The position numbers were made by a program, and so were the translations under genes. A stretch of 64,000 nucleotides of DNA from Basidiobolus meristosporus CBS 931.73 (taxonomy: Eukaryota; Fungi; Basidiobolomycota): contig MCFE01000357.1 in the NCBI GenBank assembly GCA_002104905.1, positions 1 to 64,000 of the forward strand, in the 5' to 3' direction. Every line of letters begins with the position of its first letter. Position 1 is the first letter of the stretch. This document shows, piece by piece, positions 11,198-24,242 of this stretch. Below the pieces are notes generated by a model, which did no database searches, was not told the DNA's origin, and saw nothing but the letters and a program-made list of their open reading frames with translations.

Positions 11198-14100
11198 TGT
11201 CACGGGTACTGACGCGGGTACTTGCCTTATATAGATACATCTACTGATCACAAAGCTGAATAACATCAGGGATAACTAATGCTAATAACTAATCAGGGTA
11301 AACATCATATGGGGATAATACTGATAATATGGGCAAAAGAAGAATGGGATAATACTGATAAGATAAAATATGGATAAGTATATCATAATGACTATATGAA
11401 TAAACTTGTCTGTGGGAGGTATGTTTACCCTACCACAACGCAAACCTTATGTCCTCATCAGTTACATCCTTCTCATTGTATTCCTTTATCTCCACAACCC
11501 CATGCTTATCTGTAAAATCTCCCCTCCCAAAATCTTCCTCTCCTCTAACCATCTTATCCTTGCTCTGTTTCATAATTTCTGCATCTTGAGACACTGTAGC
11601 TTATGCTTCTCCAGATCTTTGTTCCAGTTGTTGGTGTCTACTAGGCTGACTGTGCTCGATTTCTAAGGCATCTGTAAGCTTTGGTTCTGTGAGATCTCCT
11701 TGAATCTTGGTTCACATCCATGCACTAAGCAAAATGGCAATTGTTTGATGGTGTAGTACACTCTACCTCTGCAGGCAAGTAGTGCTTTGTCTATACACTC
11801 ATCCCTTCTGCTAATAGCTTGATTTGCATACTTGGTCAGCATATCTCTGAATAATCCATTAAACTGCCCAGTGACTTCATAAGTTCTAGGATGATAGGCC
11901 AAGGTTCTCAAGTGTTTGATGTGTTACGTTTCCAGGTGGCTTTCAATGACTTTGCTAAAAAGTTTGCTCCTTGATCAGATAGGATTTTTACAGGGCACCC
12001 AAGCATCATCAGGATCTTATGGTATGTAAAATTTACAACTTCTGCTCACTGGCTTCAGGTACAGCTTTAGCAACTGGCCATTTAATGGCATGATCAATTG
12101 CTACTAGGATCCAACATTTGCATTTCCTAGTAGTTTGCAGTCTTCCAATAAAGTCAGTTCCCCATCTCTCTAATAGTCTTACAGGTTTCAAGGGAGAAAC
12201 TTGGCATTTATTTATGCTTAACCTTGATTGATATGGCAACTTGGGCATGTTTTCACTAGCTTTTGATATCTTGTTTCATTTGGAGCCACCATGCTCTGGC
12301 TTTCACAAGGATATAGGCTCCTTCAATTCCACAATGTCCATGTAATTGTGTACCTTATGTATTAAATCCAGGCAATCAACATAAGGGCAATAGGCAAAAG
12401 GGCTCCCAACAACAGTTTGATAGAGTGTTCCAGACTACACTATAAAGTTTCCAGCTTCATCCCAGATAATCATCTGGACATCCGCTTCATCAAGGGTGGC
12501 TTGATCCTCCGTATACTTTGGTAATAAGCTGGTCCAATCTGCCTCATGCACACAGCTGATTTGTGCAACTTGTTCTAGTTGTGAAAAGGCATCAGCAACT
12601 GTGTTGCTTTTCCCAGGGCAGTAGATCATCTCCTCAATCAAATTGCTGAATGTATTCACTCCATCTTGTCATTCTTCTGGATGGTACCTTCTAGGTAAGC
12701 ATATTCTTGAGTAAGGTACAATCCGTCTTCACAGTACACTTCACTCCTTCAGTGTAACAAATCCATGTCCTTAAGCAGTGTATTATGGTAAACATCTCCT
12801 TGTACACTAGATAGTCTTGTTCTGCTGCGATCTGCTTCCTGGATTCAAAAGCAACTGGGTACTCCATTATTACTTCATGTTCTTAGCTCAGTGCTCCACT
12901 GATTGCATAATCTGAAGCATATGTGAACAGGGTAAATTTTTTTCTGAGGTTAGGAACTCATAGGCTTGACAGCTCAGCAAGTTCAGTATGGAAAGTTTAT
13001 TCTTGAGTATCTGAAAGGGAGTCTTACAGGCTATGTCCCACCTGTAGGTGTTGTCTTTCTTGCAGATATCAGTTGAAGGGGCTGCAATACTTGAAAAGGA
13101 CTTGACAAGTCTCATTATTAGAAACCATTCAATGTAGTGATTTGAGCTCTGAAAAGGTATGGGGCTGCCTCAAATATTCAATAACTTTTACTTTCTTGGG
13201 GTCCAAGGTCACTTCTGTGTTATTTACTATGTGTCCTAGATACTCAACATGCTCTTTGAAGAACTCACCTTTTACTAGCCTGCCATAGAGCTTGTCCTCA
13301 TTGAGCTTCTTTAAGACCTTTTCAATGTGAACCAAGTGGACCTCTTCTGTCTTGCTATATATCAATATGTCATCTAGGTAGATTACCACAAACCTGCCCA
13401 AGTACTGTGGGAAGATGGTTTGCATCAAGGTCATGAATGTTGTAGAGGTATTGGCTAGGCCAATACTTATGACTAAGCACTTGCATTGTCCTTATCTGGT
13501 CCAATATGCTGTTGTGGGGATATTTTCTGGTTTCACACTAAACTGGTTGTATCTTGACATGAGGTCAATATTGCTGGATATGCTGGCTCCATTGAGTTGG
13601 TTCAGAAGCTCATCAACCTAAGGTATGGAGTACTTATGCTTTGCTGAGACTGAGTTGAGGGCATTGTAGTCAATGTACATCCTAAGTCTTTCAACCTTCT
13701 CTTTCACCAAAGTATGGGTGTTTCCCAAGGTGACTTGCTGAGCCTGATGTATCTTTGCTTCAATAGTTAATCAATATGTCTCTTCAGCTCTTCCAATTTT
13801 AGTGCACTCATCCTGTAAGGTGTCTTGCTTTCTGGGGGGCTATCTCTGGCTTCAATGGCATGATCCATATCTCTGACAGATGGTAGGCTGGCAAGCTCAT
13901 CTGGAAACACATCTGAAGACTTCTTGAAGAGAGTCTGGACCTTTTGGGATGCTGTAGCAGAGGAATCCTCTAATACTACTGCCATGAGAAGCATCTGGGT
14001 ACCTTTCTTAAGCACTCTAAAGAACTGTGTCTTGCTAAGTTCACTTGATTTACTCACACTGGAATTGACCAAGTTGAAATCCAGTCAGGCAGATTATAGC

Positions 14101-14390
14101 TCATAAGTATTGTTGTCCTGGTGGATATCAGTAGTGTGGCTTCTCCAGTTGATTAATGGATTACAACAAAATAGCCAGGTCTTTCCAAGTACAAGGCTAA
14201 GCTTGTATTTCCCAAATATGTAGGTATGTAGGTCTTCTTCATAATGATTGAGCTTCATTCTCACTGGCAGAGTAATAACATTGAATATATTCTAGTTCAA
14301 ATCAGCTATTGAGACTGAAGTTAGTTAGGTAGGTTCTAACTTAATTCTAGCTCAAAGGTTCTTGTTGACTGGTGTCCAGTTCTTCACCTA
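11198..14390 (-). mobile_element. Ty3/gypsy retrotransposon pol fragment (protease end, RT, RNase H, integrase) with probable PPT and 3' LTR; gag absent
   Basis: LVLGKTWL..NPLINW, FPDELASLP..RDMDHAIE, PYRMS, VVIYLDDILIYSKT, NTVADAFS, ERWGTDFIGRL, AYHPRT..GQ (gypsy order RT-RH-IN). PPT-like GGGAGGGGAAGA ~11518-11529; TGTCAC terminus at 11198 is tentative. Confidence 0.9.
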
Positions 14391-15745
14391 AGGTAGTATT
14401 TTGAGATGTGCCCATTCTGGTAGCAACTGAAACAAAGTCCTTCCTTGATACACTCTTCTGAGCTGGGATTCCTCTGCATTTTCTTGAGCATTGCTCTTGA
14501 AGAAGTGCTGCAACCTCTTGGTGTGCCTATTCATGTTCCAAAGCTCCACTGAAGGTGTTGCAATAACCATGTGAGCTCTTGATGTTGTTACTTTTTTGCT
14601 GGTGGGCTCTTCACTCTGTCAACAATAGACTATATGGAGGCTGTGGTAAACTGATTGCCTTTTGTTGCATACTCATCTACCTCACAGGAGTGTAGCTCAA
14701 CTGGCTGCACTTCCAACTATTGTGAAAACAGCTGTTTTCTTGGTGGTAACTTTTCTGGACTATAATGGGACTCAGTCTGTTATGTGCTTAAGGTATTAGT
14801 TGGCAAGAATTGTATTTTTTTCTCACACTTCCCTCTCTTTGTCTTGGATAGACATTTCTCCCTTTACCTTTTTCTGTAACTCTGCCAAGTTAAGGAGCCT
14901 TCTTCCTCAGAGCTATCACTCTGTGGGTCATATTCAGAAGGCTGAGGCAAGCCAGAAGTGGCACAAGCTGACCTTGATCAGCAGACTGATGAAGAGTAGG
15001 CCAATGGAGAATGGGCTAATATTCAAGTGGCCGTAAGAAGTCTGGCACATAATAACCTTGAGGCTGGCATACTGTTGGTCTAGCAAGAGCTCATGGTCAA
15101 GCAAAATGCACCTGATCTGTTCCATGAGCCTTATATGAGACTTGAACAAGTTGACTAGTATTGGCTAGGATTATTATGCTCCAAAGGTATCTCAGGAATA
15201 ACAGAAATAATCAAAGGCAGAAAAGCAAGAGTCCCATGGCTAATATCAACAGTCTCCTTGAGAACCTATAACAAGCAGGGCTGAAAGCTTCTAACATGTG
15301 GCAAAGAGATGTTGGATAGCCACAAGAGTGCTAGCAAGAGACAAGCAGGCAAAAGCAAATGCATCAATTCTGCATATTTTGAGGGGAAAATGTATTTCAG
15401 TAAGACCTGGCAGTGATAAAGGAAAAGGTAGAGGGGAAAAAGTCTACCTTAGCCAGTGATTGGAAGTGCAAGAAAAAAGCTGCAGCTTTTGCCAATTAAC
15501 ACTGTAAGCCCGGAATAGACTGAATCCCATCATACCTCAGAAGAATTAACAACAAGAAAACAGCTGTTTTTCCAAGAGTTGGAAGAGCAGCCAGTTAAGC
15601 TACACTGCAGTGAGGTAGATAGGTTTGCAGAGAAATGCATTTGTCTACCACTGTCTTGTATCCTTCATTGTAGACAGGATAGAGATCCCACTGTTAGACA
15701 GAGCTCCAGTGTCAAGAACTCATAAGACTATCACAATGCCTACAG
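14390..15745. mobile_element. Two back-to-back fragments of CACTA-like ORF2 (14390-14880 minus; ~14960-15745 plus)
   Basis: Both match 39800-40870 (PSVELWNMNRHTKRLQH; CCAGTTGAGCTACACTCC-like motif in both orientations). Confidence 0.8.
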
Positions 15746-16059
15746 TGTAGTATGTGACATCAATAGGTACAAGTGGGCTGTATTAAAGATGAGTTGAGAC
15801 TTGGCATAGGGACCATAGTGACAGAATTGGATACTTATACAGTAGTGTACTGGTATCAACATGGTCTTATATGAAGTAAATATGAAAGCTAATGTAATTG
15901 TAGATTTCATTGACATGGATTGGAACACATAATTTGCAGTTTTCCAATTTATTATAGAATTGTGAGTAAATAATCAACAAAATGACCAAGTCATTGTTTT
16001 TGGAAGATTTTTGCAACATAATGATGAGATACATGCAATTCATCAAGATTTAATCATAA

Positions 16060-16780
16060 CACATGAAAAATATGATAAATAATGCTGATTGTGACAAATC
16101 AATCAATATCACCTCTACTCATGTACCAATCTTGGTATTACTTACCCTTCTGAATGGTCATTTCTCATCAGTCCCACCACTAACACTGGATATCCTTATG
16201 ACACATTACAGAAGATCTATGCCAAGTTTTTTGGACCAAATACCTCAGTTTACTCAAGGGAATCCCTTGTTAAGCTTCTCTGCTATCATAAGAACTATTG
16301 CCCTACAAGGCTTCATCCTGACATTCATGGCAAGAAAAGCTCTAGAAGCTTTCATTCTCAGCTGACAGCTTTAGAGAACCACTTTGCAGTAGGTATAAGG
16401 GACTAAGAGTAAGCTTGGACTAGTAGGTTTAGAAGCTCCAACAGACTGTGATATGCATGAGTGTTTAGAAACAGGTCTCATCTATGGAATATATTGGATA
16501 CCATCCAAGTCAGTATTAACAGGCCTTATAAAGGCAGTAACACTTTTATTCTGGCAAGTACAAGGCACACTGTGCAAAGTTTCAAGCATTGTCTGACATT
16601 GAGGGTAGCATCATCTGGTTTAGTGGGCCATTTGCTGGAAGTAGGCATGACTAAGCACTCTGGATGGAGAATCATCCAGAAATTAACAGAGGGGAGAAAT
16701 TTATGGCAGACTTAATATTTATGGGAGGGGAATTTTAGGGATTAGGATGTAATATGGCTCACAAGAAACCAAAGAATGGC
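16060..16780 (+). mobile_element. Possible 3' fragment of a second gypsy element (chromodomain-like end, PPT-like tract)
   Basis: Degenerate IV(R)H(R)G(Q)HHLV(Q)W resembling a chromodomain start at ~16600; purine tract AGAGGGGAGAA at ~16690. Weak. Confidence 0.3.
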
Positions 16781-16948
16781 ATGCTTAGCAGGAGACAGAA
16801 GCTTTATAATGGGATTTTTGATTATTGAAGACTGAGAGTAGAGCCCAATTTTGGATATCCAAAGAGATTCAGCATATTGGCAGGTAAATAGAGAGGAAAG
16901 TGATATATAGGGGAATATGGTAGAATAGTTAAAACTGCTAAGATATTA

Positions 16949-17679
16949 GACTTGTTCTGTTGGATAGTGCCACATTGAGCCATGGGTGCCAGATGATGCC
17001 ATAATGCGCCAGAGAGGCCAAGTGAACCTATACTTTCCCACAGAGTGTGAAACATAGCTCTGCATCTTCATGCAAAGCAGCCCCTGTGTTTCACCTATGA
17101 TTCAGGAGAAAATCTATTTTTTGATGTTTTTTGTGGATCAATGATGTGCAGGATATGTGAGAGCACAGAAGAACTGAAGATATGCATTAGGTACTCAACA
17201 ACCATGGCACTCTTAATCTAGCTCCTGTGGCTTGTAACATATCACAAAAATGCATGGCACTATCTTGGTCCACTGGTACTATCTGGCACTATGAGTGCTT
17301 TGTATAGATCTTACTTTAGGGCTAATAATTAAATGAAGTGCCATATAGTACCAGTGGACCAAGATAGTGCCATGCATTTTTGTGACATGTTACAAGCCAC
17401 AGGAGCTTGATTCAGAGTGCCATGGGTATTGAGTACCTAGTGCATATCTTCAATCCTTTGGTGCTCTTACACATCCTTCACAACATTGAACAAAAAAAAT
17501 AAGGTCAAAAAATAGATTTTCCCAAGACAAAGGGTCAAACACAGGGGCTGCTTTGCATGAAGATGCAGAACTATGTTTCACACTCTGTGGCCAAGTATAG
17601 GTTCACTTGGCTTCCCTGGCACACTATGGCATCATTTGGGACTCATGGCTCAATGTGGCACTATGCAATGGAACAAGTC
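16949..17679. mobile_element. Fold-back / MITE-like element, 731 bp: 342- and 343-bp inverted arms, 46-bp spacer, TA flanks
   Basis: TA|GACTTGTTC ... GAACAAGTC|TA; arms 16949-17290 and 17337-17679 align along their whole length (~85% by eye); no ORF. Confidence 0.92.
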
Positions 17680-17854
17680 TATTTACTCATGCACAGTATA
17701 TCCATATAAGAAGACATCCACTGAGAGAAATCTGTCTGAAGATCTATAGCCCATGCTGTGGCAGGCTCCTGAGGTAGCTGCTTGTGCATATCATTTGACA
17801 GGTCCTTCATTGCTACCTTGACTGAGAGCTTGTTGAGTAGAAGCATGCTTTTTC

Positions 17855-18223
17855 TGTTGCAACTTAAGAAGTGATTTGGATATCAGGAACTTATCAAGAA
17901 ATAGCAATAATAGTTGAACAGTTGTTTACTTGTAAAGAGGATGAGTATTTATACCCTTTTAGAAGCAATATAGCTGTAACACTTGGTAAGGAGGACTTCC
18001 TGACATTCAGGAGTATTCTGTAAAAGTTTCAGGGTTATTACATGATGTTAGGTAAAAAGTGTTGAATTGGTCTTGACTGTAGAGGAATAATCACAGGTTC
18101 ATAGATCTGAAGATACTGGTAGAGTTGGGGCTGCAAGCTAGTCCTGCAGAGTCTAAGACTAGTCTAGAATTGGTAAGTAAACTTTTAGCTGCTGTATGAT
18201 ACAAAATAGCCAATATTTCAATA
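17855..18223 (-). repeat. Solo LTR of copia family A with 5-bp TSD TTTTC
   Basis: TTTTC at 17850-17854 and 18224-18228; full-length match to 3752-4120; both flanks are CACTA ORF2 sequence. Confidence 0.93.
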
Positions 18224-18228
18224 TTTTC

Positions 18229-21200
18229 CTTGGTGAATGTTGTAATGATACTAGACTTTGAACAGCCTCTCAAATATTAGCTCACTCTTCATTTTTGCTC
18301 TTATTGGCTTCATGGATCTTGAATATCTTTTGATTTTGGGGCTTGGGTATAAATACAATAGTTTATCCCTCCCATGCTGTTGTAGGCTTTCTGTGGGCTT
18401 TATCCTTGGGCAATGTTGGTGTGCTTCAGAGAGTGTTCAGTGAGCCTATACAATTGCAACAGGTAATAACTCAATTCTTGGCTGCAACACTGAGCTTGGT
18501 GAGTGGCTTTGTTGCAGCAAGGAAACTGCTTTCTCTACCTGGGATATTCAAGGCTCTACATGTATTAGCCACCCATCCTGTTTCTGGACTATTTCCTGAT
18601 TTCTCTGGGCCATTGTATCAATGCTATCAGCCAATGCACCTAATTTCCTCATTAATACACTAGTATGTGCCAACAATATACATGATTATACAAGTGGTGT
18701 TAAAGTTGTAATAGATGCTTGCTGGTCTTCAACTAAAGGTAGTGCATCTGCCTGAGCATCATTGTCAGCTTGTGACCCTGCAGAGATTCTCATTTTCTTA
18801 CTTGACTGAAAGCCTCAGCAGTGCACCCTATTACATTTGGTGGGCACACTCTAAACATGGCCTTTTTTGGATGTGACCCTGCTTGTTGCACTGAATGTAA
18901 AAGCAAGTTGTTGTCCAGCTGTCCTGCAGCTATTGTCGACAGAGGGGTCTTATTGGGAACCAGACAACTTTGCTTTATTTTTTGGCAGCATATAATTCAA
19001 AGTGAGGTAAACATAAGGGAAATAATGTTACATATATATATATAGGTGGTGCCAAAACTTTATTTGTAAAGCCTACTATGGCAGGTCATCTTTAAATCTT
19101 AAATACATGTAGGTGCAATGTCTCAAACACAAACTGTCATAAATTCACATGTGTATTGACAAAAATGTGTTATAATAGCATTATATTGTTTAGTGTTAAA
19201 AGGGATTCACCATGGAAAAAACTACCTTGAATGAATGCTTTAAGAGAAGAGAAGATAAACCATGTGGTTAAGGTGACAAGCCTCTCAGCTATGAAGCACA
19301 CTAACAGCATAGGAAGTATTACAAGAATTATGTGCAGTGTTTTGCCACAAAAGTAATTTTTTACCATTGATCAGCCCCTACTATACCAGCAATATCATGC
19401 CTGTTGCTTGCTACTTCTATATTTGCTTTTAGCTGTACTTGTCACCTAGTACAGTCAAAGTCAAGTGAGTTTGTGACACCTTTAGGCTCACTCATGGTTT
19501 GTGAGCCTAGCCCCCTTTACAACAGTACCTTGCAGTGCCTGGCAAAATTCCCATATGCAATGAGACTGCACCCATAGAATACAATACCAAGAATACTTTA
19601 TGGAGCCAAGTGAGCCAAGTAATACATCTACTTGTGAGTGATATAAAGTTGAGTCTAGAGAAATGGCATGTTTTACCAAATATCAGTAAAAGGGGCTCTG
19701 AGAAATTATCACTACTTCTAGCCAAGAGCATTCTGAGATTCAACTTACCATGTACATGGTAGAAATAGATAACTGTATTGAGGCAGGCAAAATATGGCCC
19801 AGAGACTGTCCAGATACCTACATGTGTTAACAGTAGCATAGCTTTCATATCAAAGAATGCTTCCATTGAAAGGTGTCAAACTTGCCAGCAATCCACTACC
19901 ATAGGAGGAAAACATCAATCAAACTCTGTGTATAAATCAGTAATACCCCATCTAAAGATGCTCATGTAGTCCAATAAATATTTGAAGCTACACAGTACTG
20001 CACTCAGTTTTAATGAAGTGCAAACATTTTCCAATATATTTGATGGCAAGCTTCACAAACAACTAAGAAGCAAGGGCAACTATTATGGTATGTCTAACCA
20101 TGCTGTTGCCTTGAAACTTGATAGATTCCCATTGAACATGTACTCTACCAGTAAATTCTGCTGGCCACTGATTCTCATATACTTAATCTGCTGCCTATCC
20201 TACAGTTTCAATGCATAATTCTGATAGTAGTCTGCCTGATATCTGGGCCCAAATCACCATTTCACCTGGCCAGCCACCTGTATTCATTACTGGATGAGCC
20301 TTGTATGCTTTCTGTTGGAATAGTACTCTATGGCTATTATATCAAATTGCAAATGATAATCTGCATTGGAGGTGCCCCAGTAATCAGCAAGATAGCCGCT
20401 TTTCTGAGCACAAAGAATGGTATTGCTATCAATGTGTGGAATCCAAGAGGCTTACTCCACAACTCACACATGTTATTAGTATTCAACCACCAACACCAAA
20501 AGCATCATATTACCACAGAGGGAACAAATAGAAGTTGGCATGCAGTTGCTGCAGAGCTGGCAAGCTATAAGCCATTGGCCAGAATATGCACTTTATTGAA
20601 AACCAGAAACGCTTAGGGTAGAGGTATCTGTTGGAGCAGTGATTTAGGATGTGTGTAGAGATAGGACTGCAAATTAAGTTGCAGGCAGTACCATATTTGA
20701 ATCTCACAGCTTCAGGATACTTTTGCCCCAATTAGCCATTAAAATACTGTGGAATCATAATCACAATAACCAAAATGGTAAGCATTAGTATGTTGTTTTG
20801 TGTTTGACACATTAATTTCCATTTACATTAGAAAAGCCTAGGCAAGTTCTATATTTTTTCTTACCAGAATTGTGGTATTCAATTGGAAATGCAACTTAAG
20901 CATTACAAATTTTCACAATTATCCATGCCAACCATATTGTGTCAGATTGTGCCTAGTTTGCAAGATTATTGCCTATAAATTATTGTTTTGATCCTGCCAA
21001 AGAGCTGTTACAAGTTCTAAGTCCTGTGACTAAGAGGTACTTAACCCATCAGGACACCATGCAAAGACTGTCAAAAAATATCAGCACCCCAGATTTCACC
21101 AAAAACTTGGCCAAAATTATTGATCATATTAATACAGAAATGGCTGTTAATTGGTTCTGCCAGTTTGCTCCCTTTCTGATCCCAGACACTCTACACTTCC

Positions 21201-21470
21201 TACATTTGTGTGCATTGATTGGTTATTGCCACTTTTTCTTACCCCACACTTCCTGACTCAGACATAAATCTTACTTTTTATTCATACAAATTGATTTATT
21301 TTTTTGAAACTTCAGTGGTATCTCAATTGCCAATTTTATTGGCCTATACAAGTCTTTATACCCTACACAAACATTAAGCCCAACCCCACACTCAACAAGT
21401 AATTCCTCAAAATTCACTTTTGGATAAGTATTTTGGCTGTAATGCACAGTATCCATATACTTTGCAGAAA
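18229..21470. mobile_element. CACTA-like copy in inverted orientation: ORF2 N-terminus (minus, ~18230-18990), transposase (plus, ~19380-20697, internally deleted), ORF3/ORF2 3' region (20700-21470)
   Basis: IFDGKLHKQLRSKG, LKLDRF, CWPLIL, IGGAPVISKIA match 32742-33515; 18700-19380 is the reverse complement of 38700-39400. Confidence 0.85.
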
Positions 21471-21475
21471 ACAAG

Positions 21476-24242
21476 TCACTATAACCATCAAATTTCTGCC
21501 TATTAGCTGCTCTAGCGTATTCCAGTACCATATTTATGGCACCTTGTAGATATCTGAGAATCCGCTTAACTGTTGAAATTTGATCTAATCCATAATTTTG
21601 CATGAACTGACTGACTATTCCAACCACCACTGCAATATCAGGACGTGTAAACACCATCAAGTACATTGGGCTACCAACCATTGATTGATAGATAAAGTCT
21701 TGGTCCATATTTGAGCTGTTCTCACCTAAAACTGGCTGAGAATTGCTCAATTTTAGATTATTGTCCATAGGGGTAGCTGCAGGCTTGCAATTTAAGTATT
21801 TGTTCTTGCAAATTCCCATTTAGAAAGGCTGTTTTGACATCCATTTGGTGTAGATTGAGACTGTGTACAGCTGCCAGGGCTAGAACTGTCCTAAAGGAGT
21901 TAAGCTTGGCAACAGGAGCAAATGTTTTCTTAAAGTCTAATCCCTGGATCTTGGAATAGCCTTTAATCTCCAATCTAGCGTTGCTCTTAGCAATGGTACC
22001 ACTTTAGGTTATCTTTATCTTGTGGACCCATCTACATCCCATTGGCTTTCTCTTATTTGGTAAATCTGCCAGTTCCCATGTTTTTGCTTCTATGAGTGAT
22101 TGGCACTCCTGCTGCAAGGCTTGTTGCCACATAGTAGCATCAGAAAATCTGCTCTGATCTGGAACTAGCAGAATTAACTTCCATCAATGGCTGAACTTAG
22201 TACATATCTTCTTCATTAGTGATGATTGTATCATCAGGCAGCTGGCCAATGATTTCTGTGCCTTTGTGATCTGAATTATCCTCAAATACATCATCCCTGC
22301 TATTGATCAGCTTCTGAATTTGCCATCATACACTCTATACCCTCTAGTATCATCATAATACCCCAAAAAAAGATCCCTTTTCTACACTTTGGTTTCAGCT
22401 TTGGACAATATTTGTCAGGGATGAGATAAACAACATCACTGCCAAAGATCTAGAGGTGCTGAAGGTCTATTTTTTTGCTAGTATATGCTTCAAATGGTGT
22501 AGAATTATGTAGTGCTGTTGTTGGGCATCTCCTGAAATGCTGCCCAGCATGTTAGCCATATGAACATCCCTTACAGACACTAAATATGATTGGAATCTAG
22601 TAGTATAGGCCTAAGACAAGCTCACTTTTCACTAATTGGCTCATCTTTTGTTCCCCAAAGTGTCCTATCCTCCTATGCCACATCCCCAGTTAGTTTCATC
22701 AGTTTTGGCAATATTGGCACATGCAGGTACAATGATCTTGCATTTTAACTTATATTTATTGTGATCTCTGCTTTGCAAAGTTAACTTTGTCCATCTTCAC
22801 TCAATATAGAGCAGCTCAGCTCAGTTTTGCTGATGTAACCCCTGAGATATTGCTCATATTTAGTAGTATAAACCCACTGATGGTAGCTTCCAGTGCATAG
22901 TTGTCTCTCAAATAAGTCTTTCTCATGGCAGTAGTCATCAAGTTGCTGAACCACTCCTTTATACCTCAAATTTGCTGTGATGCTCCAGAGTCAATATACC
23001 ATTCATTACTTTGGTTACTTGCACTCTCTTTTACAGTTACAAATAGCTGTTCATTAGCAGTTGTATGGCTTGCTTGCTCCAGTTTCTGTTTTTTGTCTGC
23101 TTGTTTCTTCTTGCATTGTCTTGCCCAGTGTCCTGGCTTCTTTCAGTAGTTACAGCAACCAGGTTTTCTTTGGTTTTGCTGCTTCCCCTTCCTTTCTGTG
23201 TGCCCCTCTGAGCTGAATAAAGCATTGTTTTGAATTTTCTCTGCTTGATCATTATGTCTGAGTTTGTCATGGAGAAGTCTTCCTTTGATAAAGGCTAAAG
23301 TCAAGTTGTTGTCTCTGCTTTCAAAGGAAAGTATGAGTGGCTCATACTTGTTTGATAGGCTGCAAAGCAGATATACAATCTTTTTTTCATCATCTACATC
23401 AGCATTAATACTATAAAGTTCTCCTACAAGTTTCTCCATTCTGATTATGAATGTAGCATGTCATTGTATGGCTTCTTCCTCATGTTGAAGAGCTTTTGTT
23501 TTAAATAAAGCTTGCTTGATACTAATTTTGCTCTAAAGATCTCCTGTAAGCATTTCCATGCTGCTTTGGCAGTATTTGAAGTATGGATTTGTCTAATGAA
23601 CAAATCTTGCACATTGATACATATAGCATTAAAGGCCTTTCTCTCCTTCTCTTGAAACTTTCCCACTCCTTCTGCTGTTCTTTTGGGTTCAACTTCTTTT
23701 CCTGATACTATATTCAAAAGCCTTCTGTCCTCAAGGTAAATTTGCATCTTGATTCTCCAATGTCTGCAGTTCTTCCCATCAAACCTCTCCTTTATAGGGA
23801 AGATGTTTGCAATGTTCTGTTTGCTGGTAGAAGTCATTGTTAGAATAGGATAAGGCAATTTGGCTCATGACCTGTTGCAATATAAGAAGTGATTTGCATA
23901 TAAGGAACTTATCAATGTACAGTGATAATAGTCAAGCTGTTGTTTATTCATAAAGAGGATCAGTGTTTATATCTTTGTAGAAGTAATATAGCTGTAACAC
24001 TATGTAAAGAGGGTTTCTCAATATTCAGGAGCATTCCGTAACAGTTTCAGGGTTAGTACATAAGGTTTGGTAAAAAGTGTCAATTTGATCTTTACTATAG
24101 GGGAATAATCATAGGATCATAGATGTGAAGGAACTGGCAAAGTTGGGACTGCAAAGAAGTCCTACAGTGACCTAGACTAGTCTAGAATTGTTCAGTAAAT
24201 TTTTAGCTGATGAATGATACCAAATAGTCCAATATTTCTACA
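21476..24242 (-). mobile_element. Copia family A copy 2, with several internal deletions and no 3' end
   Basis: gag (ERFDGKNCRHWRIKM), RT (KGYSKIQGLDFKKTFAPVAK, YQSMVGSPMY), PBS GGTCATGAGCC, 5' LTR 23873-24242. Confidence 0.92.

Noticed and set aside
21271-21819. 182-aa ORF as a novel RT fusion gene
   Set aside because: Chance in-frame junction of a copia-A RT fragment with CACTA DNA at ~21476; seen only once.
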